Shown here piece by piece: positions 49,555 to 62,113 of a stretch of DNA of 64,000 nt. Made by a program: the position numbers and the translations under genes. Below the pieces are notes generated by a model, which was given only the letters and a program-made list of their open reading frames with translations, was not told the origin of the DNA and did no database searches. Each line of letters opens with the position of its first letter. Within the stretch, counting starts at the first letter, position 1. Source of the DNA: Albugo candida (lineage: Eukaryota); contig JBDOQK010000006.1 of NCBI GenBank assembly GCA_040437565.1, positions 496,001 to 560,000 of the forward strand, in the 5' to 3' direction.

Positions 49555-50724
49555 TCACTCAAGTTTATGATCTACGGTCTGAAGATCTATCATTGGCCAC
49601 GGAATGTCGTGAAATCGCTTAGCAAGCTGTTGATAAGGGACTACCCTTTCTTCTTTTGTCATAACAGCTCGACCACTGGAACTTGGTAATACCCAGACTT
49701 CCCATGAATGCAAATCACGAAAAGGCCAATCTGGAGGCAAACAACTTTGACGGCCGTAATGCTTTATCTTGACACAGAAAACGTCAGCGATAGAATAGGG
49801 CCATACCGGTAAACAATCACAACCTTTGACGGAGGCGTGAAAAGCATACTGAACTGACGCTTTCCTGAGAATGCGATAATTCGAGGATGGTAAGGTAGAG
49901 AGCAGAAAGTGCGTCTGACAACGACTGTGTTTTCGCGACTTTGAACACCTTTACATTCTCCCGTTCCTATCGTTTGGCACCCACAAACACTTTGCATATG
50001 TTCTATGAGACGACTGTAAAATCGTTGCTTCCACTTTCTCACTTTCACAGAAGTATTAAAAGTTGTATAATGGATGGAGTCAACGTACTCGTTGCTCTAT
50101 CATAGTTGGCAGCATCATTTCCAGGCTGAGTACACAGATCACATAGTCAGTGAGCATTCTGTATCTATGTTCATCCAAGAACCTCTGTTCCGAGTGACGT
50201 AAAGCCAATTCCGAGAGTATCCGGCATTCGATTCTGAAAACTTATATCGCTGGATTTATCAACAATTCCTTTCCACTTATAGGACGACGTGTTTCCAGTA
50301 AGTAAGCCCCACATTCGATTGCTCGGATTGCTGTACGAGTAGCCAGCTACCATTGTAAGAATTAATTATATGAATTCTTCCATTAGAAGTAAGCATTCTT
50401 CTAACTGATCCAAGCATGTGTTGAGGGATTATGTCCAGTTATCAGTAAACGCAGTCGCTGCTCTTTGAAATGTGTACATTTTTCACGACGTGTGAAGCAC
50501 TCGTCACAAATCGAGTGCCAACGTTCTTGCCATTTCCCTTCTACTCGAGTACAATTATTCGATTTTTTCGAGAGTTTCCTTTCTGAAGAGACCTCATTCA
50601 TTCCACTAAAGCATCTTCTTTTAGCGTCTCTACGAGCATGCTTTGTTTCTTGTTCCGATTGCCGTATCCGTGACGGTGAATACGCTGCGGGCTTGGAGGC
50701 ATCGTATCGAAACTCTTCGAACAT
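49555..50724 (-). CDS. MUG/TDG-family (UDG family 2) mismatch uracil/thymine DNA glycosylase (5 exons)
   Basis: Spliced motifs LRLLITGHNPS..GYSYSNPSNRMW, GIGFTSL, HPRIIAFSGK, YGRQ and VWVLPSSSGRA occur in the order expected for MUG/TDG. Confidence 0.82.
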
Positions 50725-51248
50725 TACTAGGACCGAATATACCCGGTACAATTAATACATTGTGTACGGAGCCACATCATTCTCGTAAGCGCGCAAATTT
50801 GCAAAACAGCTCGCTGGAACCAACAAAAAAGAAAGTCAGAATACAGAATTCCGACTGTAAAGAGCTTTTACTACTACAATTGCGATCTTTCGAAGTACTT
50901 TCCCACGAAAAACGTTCAACAGTCACTATTCCACTAAAATTCGTCACGTGTCTAGCCACGAGAAACGACACAGAAATTAAAAAAAGAAAATTCAAACGAA
51001 ATCGAAATCCTACGCGTACTTGTGACAAGAAAGCTTATACCTGTGTCCATCTCTGTCGGCGCACAAAACCCATATTAAGGATTGACGATACGGTTTTATA
51101 AGGATAATTTGCTTGCAACAAACATTCTATTAATCGCATATTTGATCTTTAGAGTGTATGTCACATTGATAACATTCTAGATTTCTTGATTCTTGAAGCG
51201 TTTTTGTTCGTCAATTTGGAGTAATTATTTAAAGCAGCGAATATTTAT

Positions 51249-53602
51249 ATGGAGTCAGATTTAGAAGGAAACGAGATCGCCGATGCGGAATCAGAAGCAT
51301 GGAAAACCGGTGAGACACGGAATGAAGCGCTCGTGCAGAATGACGCAATCGAAGATAATCGTGACGACTCGCTCTCTCACAACTCTCCGGACAAAGCTGA
51401 TAGTAACGATGCCGATGACAAAGATGAACGCGATTTAGAAAATCAGCTTGGGGATGACATAGATGGGCTTAATGCTCCTCACTTGGTGATCACAGAAGCT
51501 TTGGGGCAAGACAACATCTCCAATGAATCAAAAAGAGATGGAGATGAGCTCTCTGGTAATAAGATATTAGATGATATGCAATATTCTGCATTGCGGTACT
51601 CACACACTGATGATGGGACAGCAATATCTTCATCTTCGGGCGCGGAATTGTCGCTGAATCCGGCTACAGGTGTTGATAAGATGTATCATAGAAGCTCTCT
51701 TTCACCTAGACCAGAAGCCGAAATCACGACGAAAATTGCATCTTCAAAAAAGAGACGAAAGTCTAAAGTGGTGGCTCCGGCCATACAGCAGTCCTTCCCC
51801 ACGGAAACGTTCTCAGAGCTTTTGACGTCTCCAGAAACTAATCTTGCTGCAAAGTCTGTGATCTATGGTGGCCAACATGGTGTCTGTGACACAAATACCT
51901 CGTCGTATATTGACCAAACTCCCTGCTCATCAACTTTATATGGGCAGAGCCCACGCGGTGGTAGTAAATACTCGACGCCGGATTCAGCTCTCTCAGGAAG
52001 AATCAATTTCGATGCGTCTGGCAATGTGATGGACTGGACACCAAGATCAAACATTCGTCCTCATTTAGATGATCACTATGCTGGTTATAGTGAGCATCAG
52101 TACTCAGCACCATCCCATCCTGCAAGAGATGTTAGGATGACAATGGCACAAGCACAAATGATTCCGAATTCGGATTCGTATGTTCATGCAACGCTGGCGC
52201 AGCTTCTTACTGGTCCAGTCGTTGGGTATGCGAACGGAAATTACAACCAGGCACCGGGGAGCAACATCTTCGAGGAAGAAGTGATTCGCATGCGATCTAT
52301 TCTATCCCAACATGCCGATCTTATCCCACCACCCGTAGAAATCCTTCGTTTAACCGTCTTACAAAATCAAGAAGTTTTGCAAAGCGCTATTGCATATTCC
52401 AGCCACCTGCAAGATGCGTATGGATCTATTATGCAACAACAGGTCTTTGACCACTCGAGATTACAACAGACACCACAAATGCATCCGGGAGAGAACGGAT
52501 CTTCACCATATACACCCTGGCAGTCAGAAAACGACATACAGTTACGTCGCGAGATGATTGGAAAAATGTAAGTGCGAGATGACTTACTGAGTGTTGACGT
52601 GTCGGTCTAATAACGCATCTTTCTAGAATTAGTTTATTGCAAGCTCGAAAGCCGGATGCACCACCTGAATGGTTGAGGCGACTTCCTGATATGGCTAGAC
52701 GACTGGAGGACACGCTGTATCGAATGGCGAAAAATAGAGACGAATACGGCAACTTTACAACTCTTAAGTCTCGATTGCAGCATCTGGCATTCACCATGGG
52801 CAGAAGACCACCACAATATGTCAATCCTTCAATGCACGTTCCGACAAATCACGATTACATGCAAGAATCACCGGCATTTTCGGCTGGTATGAATCCAGGT
52901 GTCGCCTCTCAGCAAGGCTACATGCTTTCAGGGAATTCACAACATAGCTCCAACCCAAATGCAATGAACGGATCCCATCTCCAGCACCAATCTCCGATGT
53001 TAGAATTACCAAACCCGTCGTTAAGACACTCGGAGTCGCGTCAGCAGCACCAGAGCGATCACATACAGCGGGACTATCACTGTCAACAACGGCTGTATAA
53101 TGAACACCCTTCTCAAGTACAATACGCAACACACAGATTTCGAAGCGATCAGCAAGGATTAGGTCCATACACAAACCACCCCGTATCTCATCACCACGAA
53201 GCGGACAAGTCTTTTTACGCGATGGTTGGTTCACAGTATGATTCAGCTAGCTTGACGGAAGCAGGAGCGAAATCTGATCATATGAACGTGGATATCTATC
53301 AAGGCTATTCCATGGATGAGAGGCCTAGCAATGAGGCTTCAATGAGCGAGGCGAATCGAAACAATCAGCTCAGTGGCGGTAACAAACGAACGACCCGGCA
53401 AGAAGCCACCAATGCCAATCACTCAACTTCCAAACGAGCAAAAACAGGAAGGAAAAGCACGCAAAAACGTTCAAGTAGTAGCCCACCTCCTTCTACGGCA
53501 AATAATGATCCCAATCACTTTCCAAATTCAAATGGCAATACGTCCGAGTATCGTAACCATTCACACCTTCCGAGTCAAAACAATAAAAGCATAGAGACAT
53601 AA
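51249..53602 (+). CDS. Low-complexity nuclear protein with central KIX-like domain
   Basis: WQSENDIQLRREMIGK|..LLQARKP..WLRRLPDMARRLEDTLYRMA...EY...TLKSRLQ across one intron, with acidic N-terminus and Q/H/S-rich C-terminus. Confidence 0.78.
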
Positions 53603-55975
53603 AGGATACAATCCAAAAACTTTGATTTTACGGCCTTTTGTCTTTTACTGGAAATCATCTTGATCTTGATCTACCACGGCGCGATATCGGAAGGCTCGTA
53701 CGACATGTAGGAACTCTTAAAGCACGTTGGAGAATCGATTAGTTTTGTCAAAATTGGCGTTTGCATTGGTTTCGCTTCGTAATAGACGAAAGCGAAAACA
53801 AAGCATTTTGCCCACAACCAACTTCCTTGGAATTATGCAAATACTTTCTGTTTGCATCGCGAGTCTAAGACCTCTGTGAATAGATGGCGTGTTAGTCGCA
53901 GTCACATGGAAATAGGCTTTAGGCTTTAGTCTGTAGTGAATAGAGCGGTATAATCTGTTGCGCGAGCCATTGGGCTGAGGAACTCGTGAGTAATCAGCAT
54001 GCTCAACCTCTCCTTTTCTTACTTGCCGGCTTTATAGCGCATGTATCGGATAGGCTTTATCAGCGAGAGAAAAAGCTGATTAAGTGCTGCGTACATTCTT
54101 ACAACATCATATTGTTGCACAGACAAGGCAGCTGTCCCCTGGATAAAGCAGCTTTAATCATCAATTCTATCGACGTTATATTTCTTCCTGTAAAAACTAT
54201 CATTTTTTCATCTCCATTATCGAGATCGTAGTTTCCCGTATAATAATTAGCATTTGAATTCTCTTTAGTGTGGACGTTTGCATGAACTAAAAGCGACATT
54301 TATAGACACCCATGTCAAATAATGCGGAAGAATCAGCGCCATGTTCAGCATCGAAGCAGCGCGTCGTCGCGCGCCGTCCACATAACACCAAATCTGCNNN
54401 NNNNNNNNNNNNNNNNNNNNNNNNNNNNNNNNNNNNNNNNNNNNNNNNNNNNNNNNNNNNNNNNNNNNNNNNNNNNNNNNNNNNNNNNNNNNNNNNNACA
54501 TGCTTTCAGGGAATTCACAACATAGCTCCAACCCAAATGCAATGAACGGATCCCATCTCCAGCACCAATCTCCGATGTTAGAATTACCAAACCCGTCGTT
54601 AAGACACTCGGAGTCGCGTCAGCAGCACCAGAGCGATCACATACAGCGGGACTATCACTGTCAACAACGGCTGTATAATGAACACCCTTCTCAAGTACAA
54701 TACGCAACACACAGATTTCGAAGCGATCAGCAAGGATTAGGTCCATACACAAACCACCCCGTATCTCATCACCACGAAGCGGACAAGTCTTTTTACGCGA
54801 TGGTTGGTTCACAGTATGATTCAGCTAGCTTGACGGAAGCAGGAGCGAAATCTGATCATATGAACGTGGATATCTATCAAGGCTATTCCATGGATGAGAG
54901 GCCTAGCAATGAGGCTTCAATGAGCGAGGCGAATCGAAACAATCAGCTCAGTGGCGGTAACAAACGAACGACCCGGCAAGAAGCCACCAATGCCAATCAC
55001 TCAACTTCCAAACGAGCAAAAACAGGAAGGAAAAGCACGCAAAAACGTTCAAGTAGTAGCCCACCTCCTTCTACGGCAAATAATGATCCCAATCACTTTC
55101 CAAATTCAAATGGCAATACGTCCGAGTATCGTAACCATTCACACCTTCCGAGTCAAAACAATAAAAGCATAGAGACATAAAGGATACAATCCAAAAACTT
55201 TGATTTTACGGCCTTTTGTCTTTTACTGGAAATCATCTTGATCTTGATCTACCACGGCGCGATATCGGAAGGCTCGTACGACATGTAGGAACTCTTAAAG
55301 CACGTTGGAGAATCGATTAGTTTTGTCAAAATTGGCGTTTGCATTGGTTTCGCTTCGTAATAGACGAAAGCGAAAACAAAGCATTTTGCCCACAACCAAC
55401 TTCCTTGGAATTATGCAAATACTTTCTGTTTGCATCGCGAGTCTAAGACCTCTGTGAATAGATGGCGTGTTAGTCGCAGTCACATGGAAATAGGCTTTAG
55501 GCTTTAGTCTGTAGTGAATAGAGCGGTATAATCTGTTGCGCGAGCCATTGGGCTGAGGAACTCGTGAGTAATCAGCATGCTCAACCTCTCCTTTTCTTAC
55601 TTGCCGGCTTTATAGCGCATGTATCGGATAGGCTTTATCAGCGAGAGAAAAAGCTGATTAAGTGCTGCGTACATTCTTACAACATCATATTGTTGCACAG
55701 ACAAGGCAGCTGTCCCCTGGATAAAGCAGCTTTAATCATCAATTCTATCGACGTTATATTTCTTCCTGTAAAAACTATCATTTTTTCATCTCCATTATCG
55801 AGATCGTAGTTTCCCGTATAATAATTAGCATTTGAATTCTCTTTAGTGTGGACGTTTGCATGAACTAAAAGCGACATTTATAGACACCCATGTCAAATAA
55901 TGCGGAAGAATCAGCGCCATGTTCAGCATCGAAGCAGCGCGTCGTCGCGCGCCGTCCACATAACACCAAATCTGC
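52920..55975. repeat. Gap-flanking direct duplication (52920-54397 = 54498-55975); assembly artefact
   Basis: About 1.48 kb is repeated around gap 54398-54497, giving duplicate ORFs offset by 1578 bp. Confidence 0.9.
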
Positions 55976-58846
55976 ATCTACCATTGATGACAATTGGAAT
56001 TTGGACATACGATTCCAAGATCGTGCTTTCAAGGTCGTCGGTCGATTACCAATCGAAAAGCGCCAATTTCTTAAAGAATTACCGAAAAAAATTGGGTTGC
56101 ATACAAGAGCCAAAGTACACACTATCCCTCCTCGTGGCATCTTTTGCAAGTTTTTTAGTGATTCGTTACATCACATGGAAAAGATGAAGCGTTATATGGA
56201 AGAAAACCATTGCGCTTTGTGCGAACACTTTGTCTTGCGAGTATACAACTGTACTTTATATATGATATTACCCACCACACTTGAAACACTCAGCTGTCTA
56301 AAACGACTCAAACGAACAGGTACGAGCATATTGATTGTGCACTATGGACCCGTGTGTAAATAGCCGATACTGATTAGGTGGTTGGATGTGGTAGGTGCAA
56401 GCACAAACTCGATACAATCCCTCTGCACAGATAAAGATGGTGTCGCGATTGGATTTATAGTCATGGAAGAAAATCAAGAATTAGTGGAGCGGCTTAAACA
56501 AAACGAGAAGAGAATCCTGGAATTGACGGATACCGCCGAAACGATCTCGAAAAATGTGGGCGACGCATTGCTCAATTTTGAGCTCTTGTTGGATCAACTG
56601 GACACGAAAGCTTCTTCAGCGATTCATGTACGTACGAACACTTGTTTGCGGATTTTTGGTATCCTTGATATACAACGGACTTAGGTGTGCTCGAATTTCA
56701 TCATCCAACATCAGAATCAGTATGCTGACGCTTTGTGTGAAAGATTATGTACGGCATCCGATATGCTTCACTCGTCCAAGAGCAAAGCAAATCTCGTGTA
56801 TGTTGCTCACGAGGTCGTGAAATTTGTTCGGGCGCACTTTCCGCAGGAAGAACGAAATGAAAAAATGAAGCAGTCGAAAGTTATTGTGGCGCTCGAAAAG
56901 GCCCTGTGCCATTTGATAGAAAGTCTTCCAGCTAAAGTTCTCGAGTCGGTCAGTGCAGTTGCACTCAACTCCACACTAAAGTTTACTTAATTGTTCTTCT
57001 TTAATGTAGCCAAATGTGATTGCAGTCTTTGATTACTGGGACAAATGGACTCTCATGTACAGTCGAGCAAAAGTCAGCAATGCACAGCTTTTGCATTCTG
57101 AAAGAATGAACGGCTCGAGCATGGATGGTACCTCTTCTGAGCCTCCAAGCGGCAAGAGCGGGGCCGGCCTTTCTTCTGTATCTACCTCACCTGAAGAAAC
57201 CACTTCTCCACTACTCCCCGTTGTCACACAAAGTGTTCGACCCGCTGTGTCTACTTTGATCGAAACTTTTAGCATACAAGCTGGTGTATGGGAAGTTTAT
57301 TTGTCTCGTGCAACAGAAGTCGAACTCGATGAACTCAAGCTAGCCATGCAGTACAACTATGATTATCACACTTTTAATACATGGGAGGCACTTGTGAGCG
57401 GAGGATCAGGTAGGCGTAATGGCGAGTTCTTCTTGCATCATTACGTCAAGACCAATATACCAGCTCTGCTCAATCCATCCAAAGGAACTTTCCAGGACCA
57501 CAAGCATGGCCAGCAGACAATTTCTCCTAAATCCAAGTCTGAAATCATGCTGGAATCATTCGTATGTACGTGGGACTTGGATGACATTGCTGTTAAAGCG
57601 ATTATGGATGTTGAAGTCAAAATAATAGAAGACATTTGGAAGAAAATGGAGGTGAAGCAGTGCTTCAAACCATCAGCTTTTGTCTTCGGCACTGTGCGAA
57701 AAATCAAAACCAACCAATTTGCAGTCAATCCGAACGTATGCAAAATTATGGAAAACATTGGTAGCACTGGCGAAACTTGGGATGTAACAGCGATGAATAA
57801 TCAAGTGATACGTGTGTTTCAGCTTGATAAAGTGGCTCGAGACGCGCTGCTCAAGTTGAATCGAAAAGAGGATTTATGTCGCATTATCAAATCTCTTTGC
57901 GCTCGATGTCGTCAGCGTATGGTTGCGAATCCATCGGTACATGTCGTCAAACTTGTCAAAGCACTGGAGGCAGAATACAATCCGAAGAAAGGTTACTCGG
58001 TAGCCATGAGAAGCCAATTATCCAAACAGTTTAAGCTGTCGACGTCTGCCGCAGGAGAGAAACAAGAGTGAGTTGTTACTCCGTCATAGTTGTAAGACAC
58101 ACTTACTGATCGGATTTCATTGTAGAAAAAAACGAAAGCTCGACAAGACAGGCAGCTTTCAAGCAAAAAGTGAAGTTTTGGAGGAAGCGTTTATCAAGCA
58201 TGTTGAAATGAGTGATGCTGAGTTGGCTGCAATGAAGGAAAAGATTCCAAAGCCACCTCGACTTCGCTTCAAAAAAGTGGATCTCAGCACTGTTACACAT
58301 CAAGAGGTTAATGAGAATGGAACAGTTGGCGTCGCGATGTCTGGAATTCCAAATGCGGGACGTGGTTTATTCAATCTCTCTGCTCATTCTTGGCCAGCAT
58401 TTTCTGTAGTTTGTATCTTTGGATCCCGCCGAATCTCACAAGAAATGCACCACGATGGACTCAACAAAGTGGCACGTTGTGGAGAGCTTGGTGACACATT
58501 TGTTATAGTGAATGGTGTTGTACGAGAAGTCGAGACATTCCAGATCCAATATGGCCATCGATTAGTCACGTTTGATGGTCTAGTGGACGCAGAAGGGTCG
58601 ATGGGTGGCTATCCAAACGATCGAGTCTATCAGTATCCAGAAAGTATTTATTGGGATGCGTCGAGCTTTTACAACAACTGTATATTAGTTCCTGGTTGTC
58701 TTATTGAGCCCAACGATACTATTGGTCCTATCCGTTTAGATCAGCTCTACATCGTCACATGGAAAGAAGTACATGTTCGAGAAGAGTTTTTTCTTGCATA
58801 CGGAACATCCTATTACGAAGATGATTATGAAATTATAAAACGGTGA
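55890..58846 (+). CDS. Multi-domain protein: SPOC-like, CID-like, two helical hnRNP-Q AcD-like repeats and C-terminal SET domain (5 exons)
   Basis: Four GT-AG introns join five ORFs in frame. SET motifs SGIPNAGRGLF, GGYPND and EEFFLAYGTSYY; CID pattern FELLLDQL..CSNFIIQH..NLVYVAHEVVK..VFDYW; NLS-like KKRKL. Confidence 0.75.
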
Positions 58847-59102
58847 CAGTAAAAAGTATCTATGTTTGCGTCATTGCCTCTCTCTCGTACACCTCTGATC
58901 TTGTTACTCTATTTGGTACTTCTCTACTCGCCTCTATTGCATTCTTATGCGTATAGACATCATGCTCTATACAGCTTCTACGTTTGACGTTTTCTACCTT
59001 GTCATCAATTGATACATAAAGGGCGCCTGCGCATCTCAGTTCACCGGTCAAAGTCTAAGCAGATCAATTCACTTTTACGGTCGCTTACAAAAAAATCGGA
59101 AA

Positions 59103-61643
59103 ATGACAAATCGTTCGTCTTCGAGCAATACGACATTTGTCACTGATATTGATAAGCGTATGAGTCAAACTCGCACTGTCTTGCTTATTTTGTGCGTTGG
59201 ATACTTTTGCTTGTTTTGGCTCGCGCTGTTTTTGCTGTATTATTGGAGCCATTTATTGCGTTCCAGCGGTGCCCGTAAAACAGCCAGAAAGGTTGTATTG
59301 CCTTCATTTCGGCCACTTTTGTGGATTCTTGCATTGGTTTCACTGGCGAAAGCGATGTATCTCGGGTACGATGCATTCACATTGCCACTAAACTTTTTAT
59401 TTACAAGAACTCGAGTCGAGCTCTACAATGCCGGTCGAAATTTCTTACTTTGTTTGACTCCTGTATTCCTCTGCCAACGCGACGTCGATCACGTAGCGAT
59501 CACACGAGCTGTACTGTTATCGCTCGTTTTATCTGTCTATGACGTTCCAATTGTCTGGATAGTATGTACTTTTTGGCCTCACAATCACGTCGTAGCTCAT
59601 TGGATTCCATTCTGCACAAGGCTTCTCGTGACCTTATTCTATGTTGGTCTTATTGTGGCACCTCCAAATCGAGCATCGAAGGAGACACTTTGTCACTATG
59701 CGTGTCAAGCGCTTCTTGCGTATTCACTTTTGGCTGCATACACTCAGCTTATTGCAGACGGACACCTTACAGCTGGGCATATTATTCTGTTCTTACATGT
59801 TTTCTGTGAAGCGCTTTTGCCAATCTTCATTTGGCGCTTATTCAAAGCTGATACTGAGCATTGGAGAGCAGTTGGGCATCGGTGTCTGATACTGCAACAT
59901 CAGAGTCGAATGAATACAAACAACAAACGAAGGTCTACTAGTGAAATGCATCTCACAATGGAGCTTTGCCCAGAGCAAATAATCGATTTTTCTCACATAA
60001 TTCGTCAGGAAAAGCTTTTTGATGAATCCATGGGTACGATGTATAATGGAATTTTGTACGGAAGCACTTCGGTTCAGATAAAAGCATTCAGACCGATTGA
60101 TTTCAAAGATGAAACCATTTCTTATTTTTCCCATGAGGCCGCTATCTTTGCAGGCTTACGTCACCCCAATGTGGCAAAATTCTACGGCTTGTCAGTTTGT
60201 CCCCCATATATTTATTTCATTATGGAGCGCCATCAATGCAGTTTACATCAGATGATCATGTCCGAGACGAAGATAAAAGAAGCCGATTCTAAACGTCAGC
60301 GGCTGCTTCTCAACTTGTGTTACATGATTGATGCTGCACGCTGTATTGCGTTTCTTCACAGTTTTTCTCCGCCGTTTGTGAACGGCGAATTGAATCCAAG
60401 CAAGTTTTTCGTCAGTATGGATAACAGAATCATACTCGCAGATTTAGGCATTTCAAGGACGCTCAATCAGGATCACGTTGGAATCTCATCGCATGATCAA
60501 AATATCTCGGAAAGAGCCTTTGCTTTCTTAAAAGCGTTATTTCTATCAGAAAGTAATTACTCGGACCATCTTTTCTCGAAACTGATTCAAAATCAAGATG
60601 AACCATCACCCACAGATTTATTTATCGAATATATTGCGCCTGAAATTCTGGCTGCCAAGTCGTGGGCAAATAATAGTCCTCGTGAAGCAGACATCTTCAG
60701 CCTTGGAATGATTATGTGGGCAATTTCGCACCCTTCTGTGCATGCATTAATCAGCGATTCAATGCCACATTTACAGCAAGTAGCTAAAGGTCATCGAGCA
60801 GAAATCAGTCCAACCGTTCCTCCTCGATTAAAGCAGCTTATCCAAAAGTGTTGGGATACGAATGCTGCACAAAGACCTAATGCAGGTCAAGTCGTCAGAG
60901 AGCTGGAATCAATTCAGAAAAATATCTTAAGCCCTGTTGCAATGGGTTTGATGGACTCCATGATGCTACCTCAATGTGAGAACAAGGAGAATACAAGTAA
61001 TGAAGAATATACAGCTGGGAAACGAATCATAAATCGACATAATGCGAAGAATGGTCACCGTAGCGGTAAAGAAAGCGGGTTTGCTGCGAGCGGTTTAATC
61101 AAGAAAATGATGCAACTTGATTTCGTTAATTCGACAGAGGAGGCGATTCGACTTGGGAATGCTTTCATGATGTGTGGGTTCTTACATCATCGACATCATA
61201 TGCTCTCTTTTGAATATTCGATGGAGCCGTTTCACTTTGATCGTGAAAACCTTCAGGAATTCTACCGCATCTGGTGTACAGGGCGAGAACTTGATACGAA
61301 CCGATCCGTAAAGGATTCACCAAATCGGTCAGAAGTAAGCTGTGGAAAGGCAAGAACAAATAAGGACATTCCCAAGCACGAGAACTATGGGATACAGTAT
61401 ATCGAGTTTTGCAAGTGTCGAGAACTTAGCATTTATGGAGCAGAGATTTTGACTGAAATAAGTGAACAGCTGAAGTCTCCATATATCGATATTGCATGTG
61501 AAGATGCTGGTCTTAAAGGTGCTGGGAGCGTGCAGTCTAATGAACTCGAAGTACCAGTTCTACATGAAATATATACTAGCACACAAACGCCAACTGAAAG
61601 AGCCTCATGGGGACGTAACAGGTTGAAGCTATGCAGCAAGTGA
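59103..61643 (+). CDS. GPCR-like 7TM-TKL pseudokinase with C-terminal DEP-like domain
   Basis: About seven hydrophobic helices, then a kinase fold (RHPNVAKFYG, YIAPE) with NGE in place of HRD and DLG in place of DFG, then DEP-like STEEAIRLGNAFMMCGFLHH. Confidence 0.85.
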   Translation: MTNRSSSSNTTFVTDIDKRMSQTRTVLLILCVGYFCLFWLALFLLYYWSHLLRSSGARKTARKVVLPSFRPLLWILALVSLAKAMYLGYDAFTLPLNFLFTRTRVELYNAGRNFLLCLTPVFLCQRDVDHVAITRAVLLSLVLSVYDVPIVWIVCTFWPHNHVVAHWIPFCTRLLVTLFYVGLIVAPPNRASKETLCHYACQALLAYSLLAAYTQLIADGHLTAGHIILFLHVFCEALLPIFIWRLFKADTEHWRAVGHRCLILQHQSRMNTNNKRRSTSEMHLTMELCPEQIIDFSHIIRQEKLFDESMGTMYNGILYGSTSVQIKAFRPIDFKDETISYFSHEAAIFAGLRHPNVAKFYGLSVCPPYIYFIMERHQCSLHQMIMSETKIKEADSKRQRLLLNLCYMIDAARCIAFLHSFSPPFVNGELNPSKFFVSMDNRIILADLGISRTLNQDHVGISSHDQNISERAFAFLKALFLSESNYSDHLFSKLIQNQDEPSPTDLFIEYIAPEILAAKSWANNSPREADIFSLGMIMWAISHPSVHALISDSMPHLQQVAKGHRAEISPTVPPRLKQLIQKCWDTNAAQRPNAGQVVRELESIQKNILSPVAMGLMDSMMLPQCENKENTSNEEYTAGKRIINRHNAKNGHRSGKESGFAASGLIKKMMQLDFVNSTEEAIRLGNAFMMCGFLHHRHHMLSFEYSMEPFHFDRENLQEFYRIWCTGRELDTNRSVKDSPNRSEVSCGKARTNKDIPKHENYGIQYIEFCKCRELSIYGAEILTEISEQLKSPYIDIACEDAGLKGAGSVQSNELEVPVLHEIYTSTQTPTERASWGRNRLKLCSK

Positions 61644-62113
61644 TGCTGACCTCACTACAACTCCTTCCATTGAAGATTTCCATGGAAATTGCGCTACTCA
61701 CCGCCATCAATGCCGCTGATTGTAAGATCATGCGGCTCTGAGCACCTCGATTCCTCATCACGAAAAGAAAATTTTTGATCTTCTGCCACATCTTTTGAGC
61801 AATTGCCTTCACATTTCTATTTGTTGCGAATGAGCGAAGTAGTATTACATGAATTCAGAAGCGGTTCCAAGTGTCTCTGAGCGTTTCACGATCTTTGTTT
61901 ATTCGTTCCGGGTAACTGTAGTTGAGATGCTTTTCTTCGATTTCCGAGTGGCTTTCATCTATTTTAATTATGGAGACTGTGTAACTACTTCCGTTTTATG
62001 ATCGTATGCTTAGCGTGCTCTCATGACAATGAGACTGCATTTTATAGCGCTCATACATATTCTTAGCAGTTTCTCTCATTCCTGCCCCGCGAGAAACATT
62101 CCTGAGTATCGAG

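Noticed and set aside
52920-55975. Tandem duplication of the KIX gene 3' half
   Set aside because: The copies appear identical and abut a 100-N gap, the same pattern as seven other gaps, so this is an assembly overlap.
61576-61980. Small antisense gene between the two GPCR-TKL genes
   Set aside because: Short ORFs with no homology cues; one overlaps the upstream gene's end.
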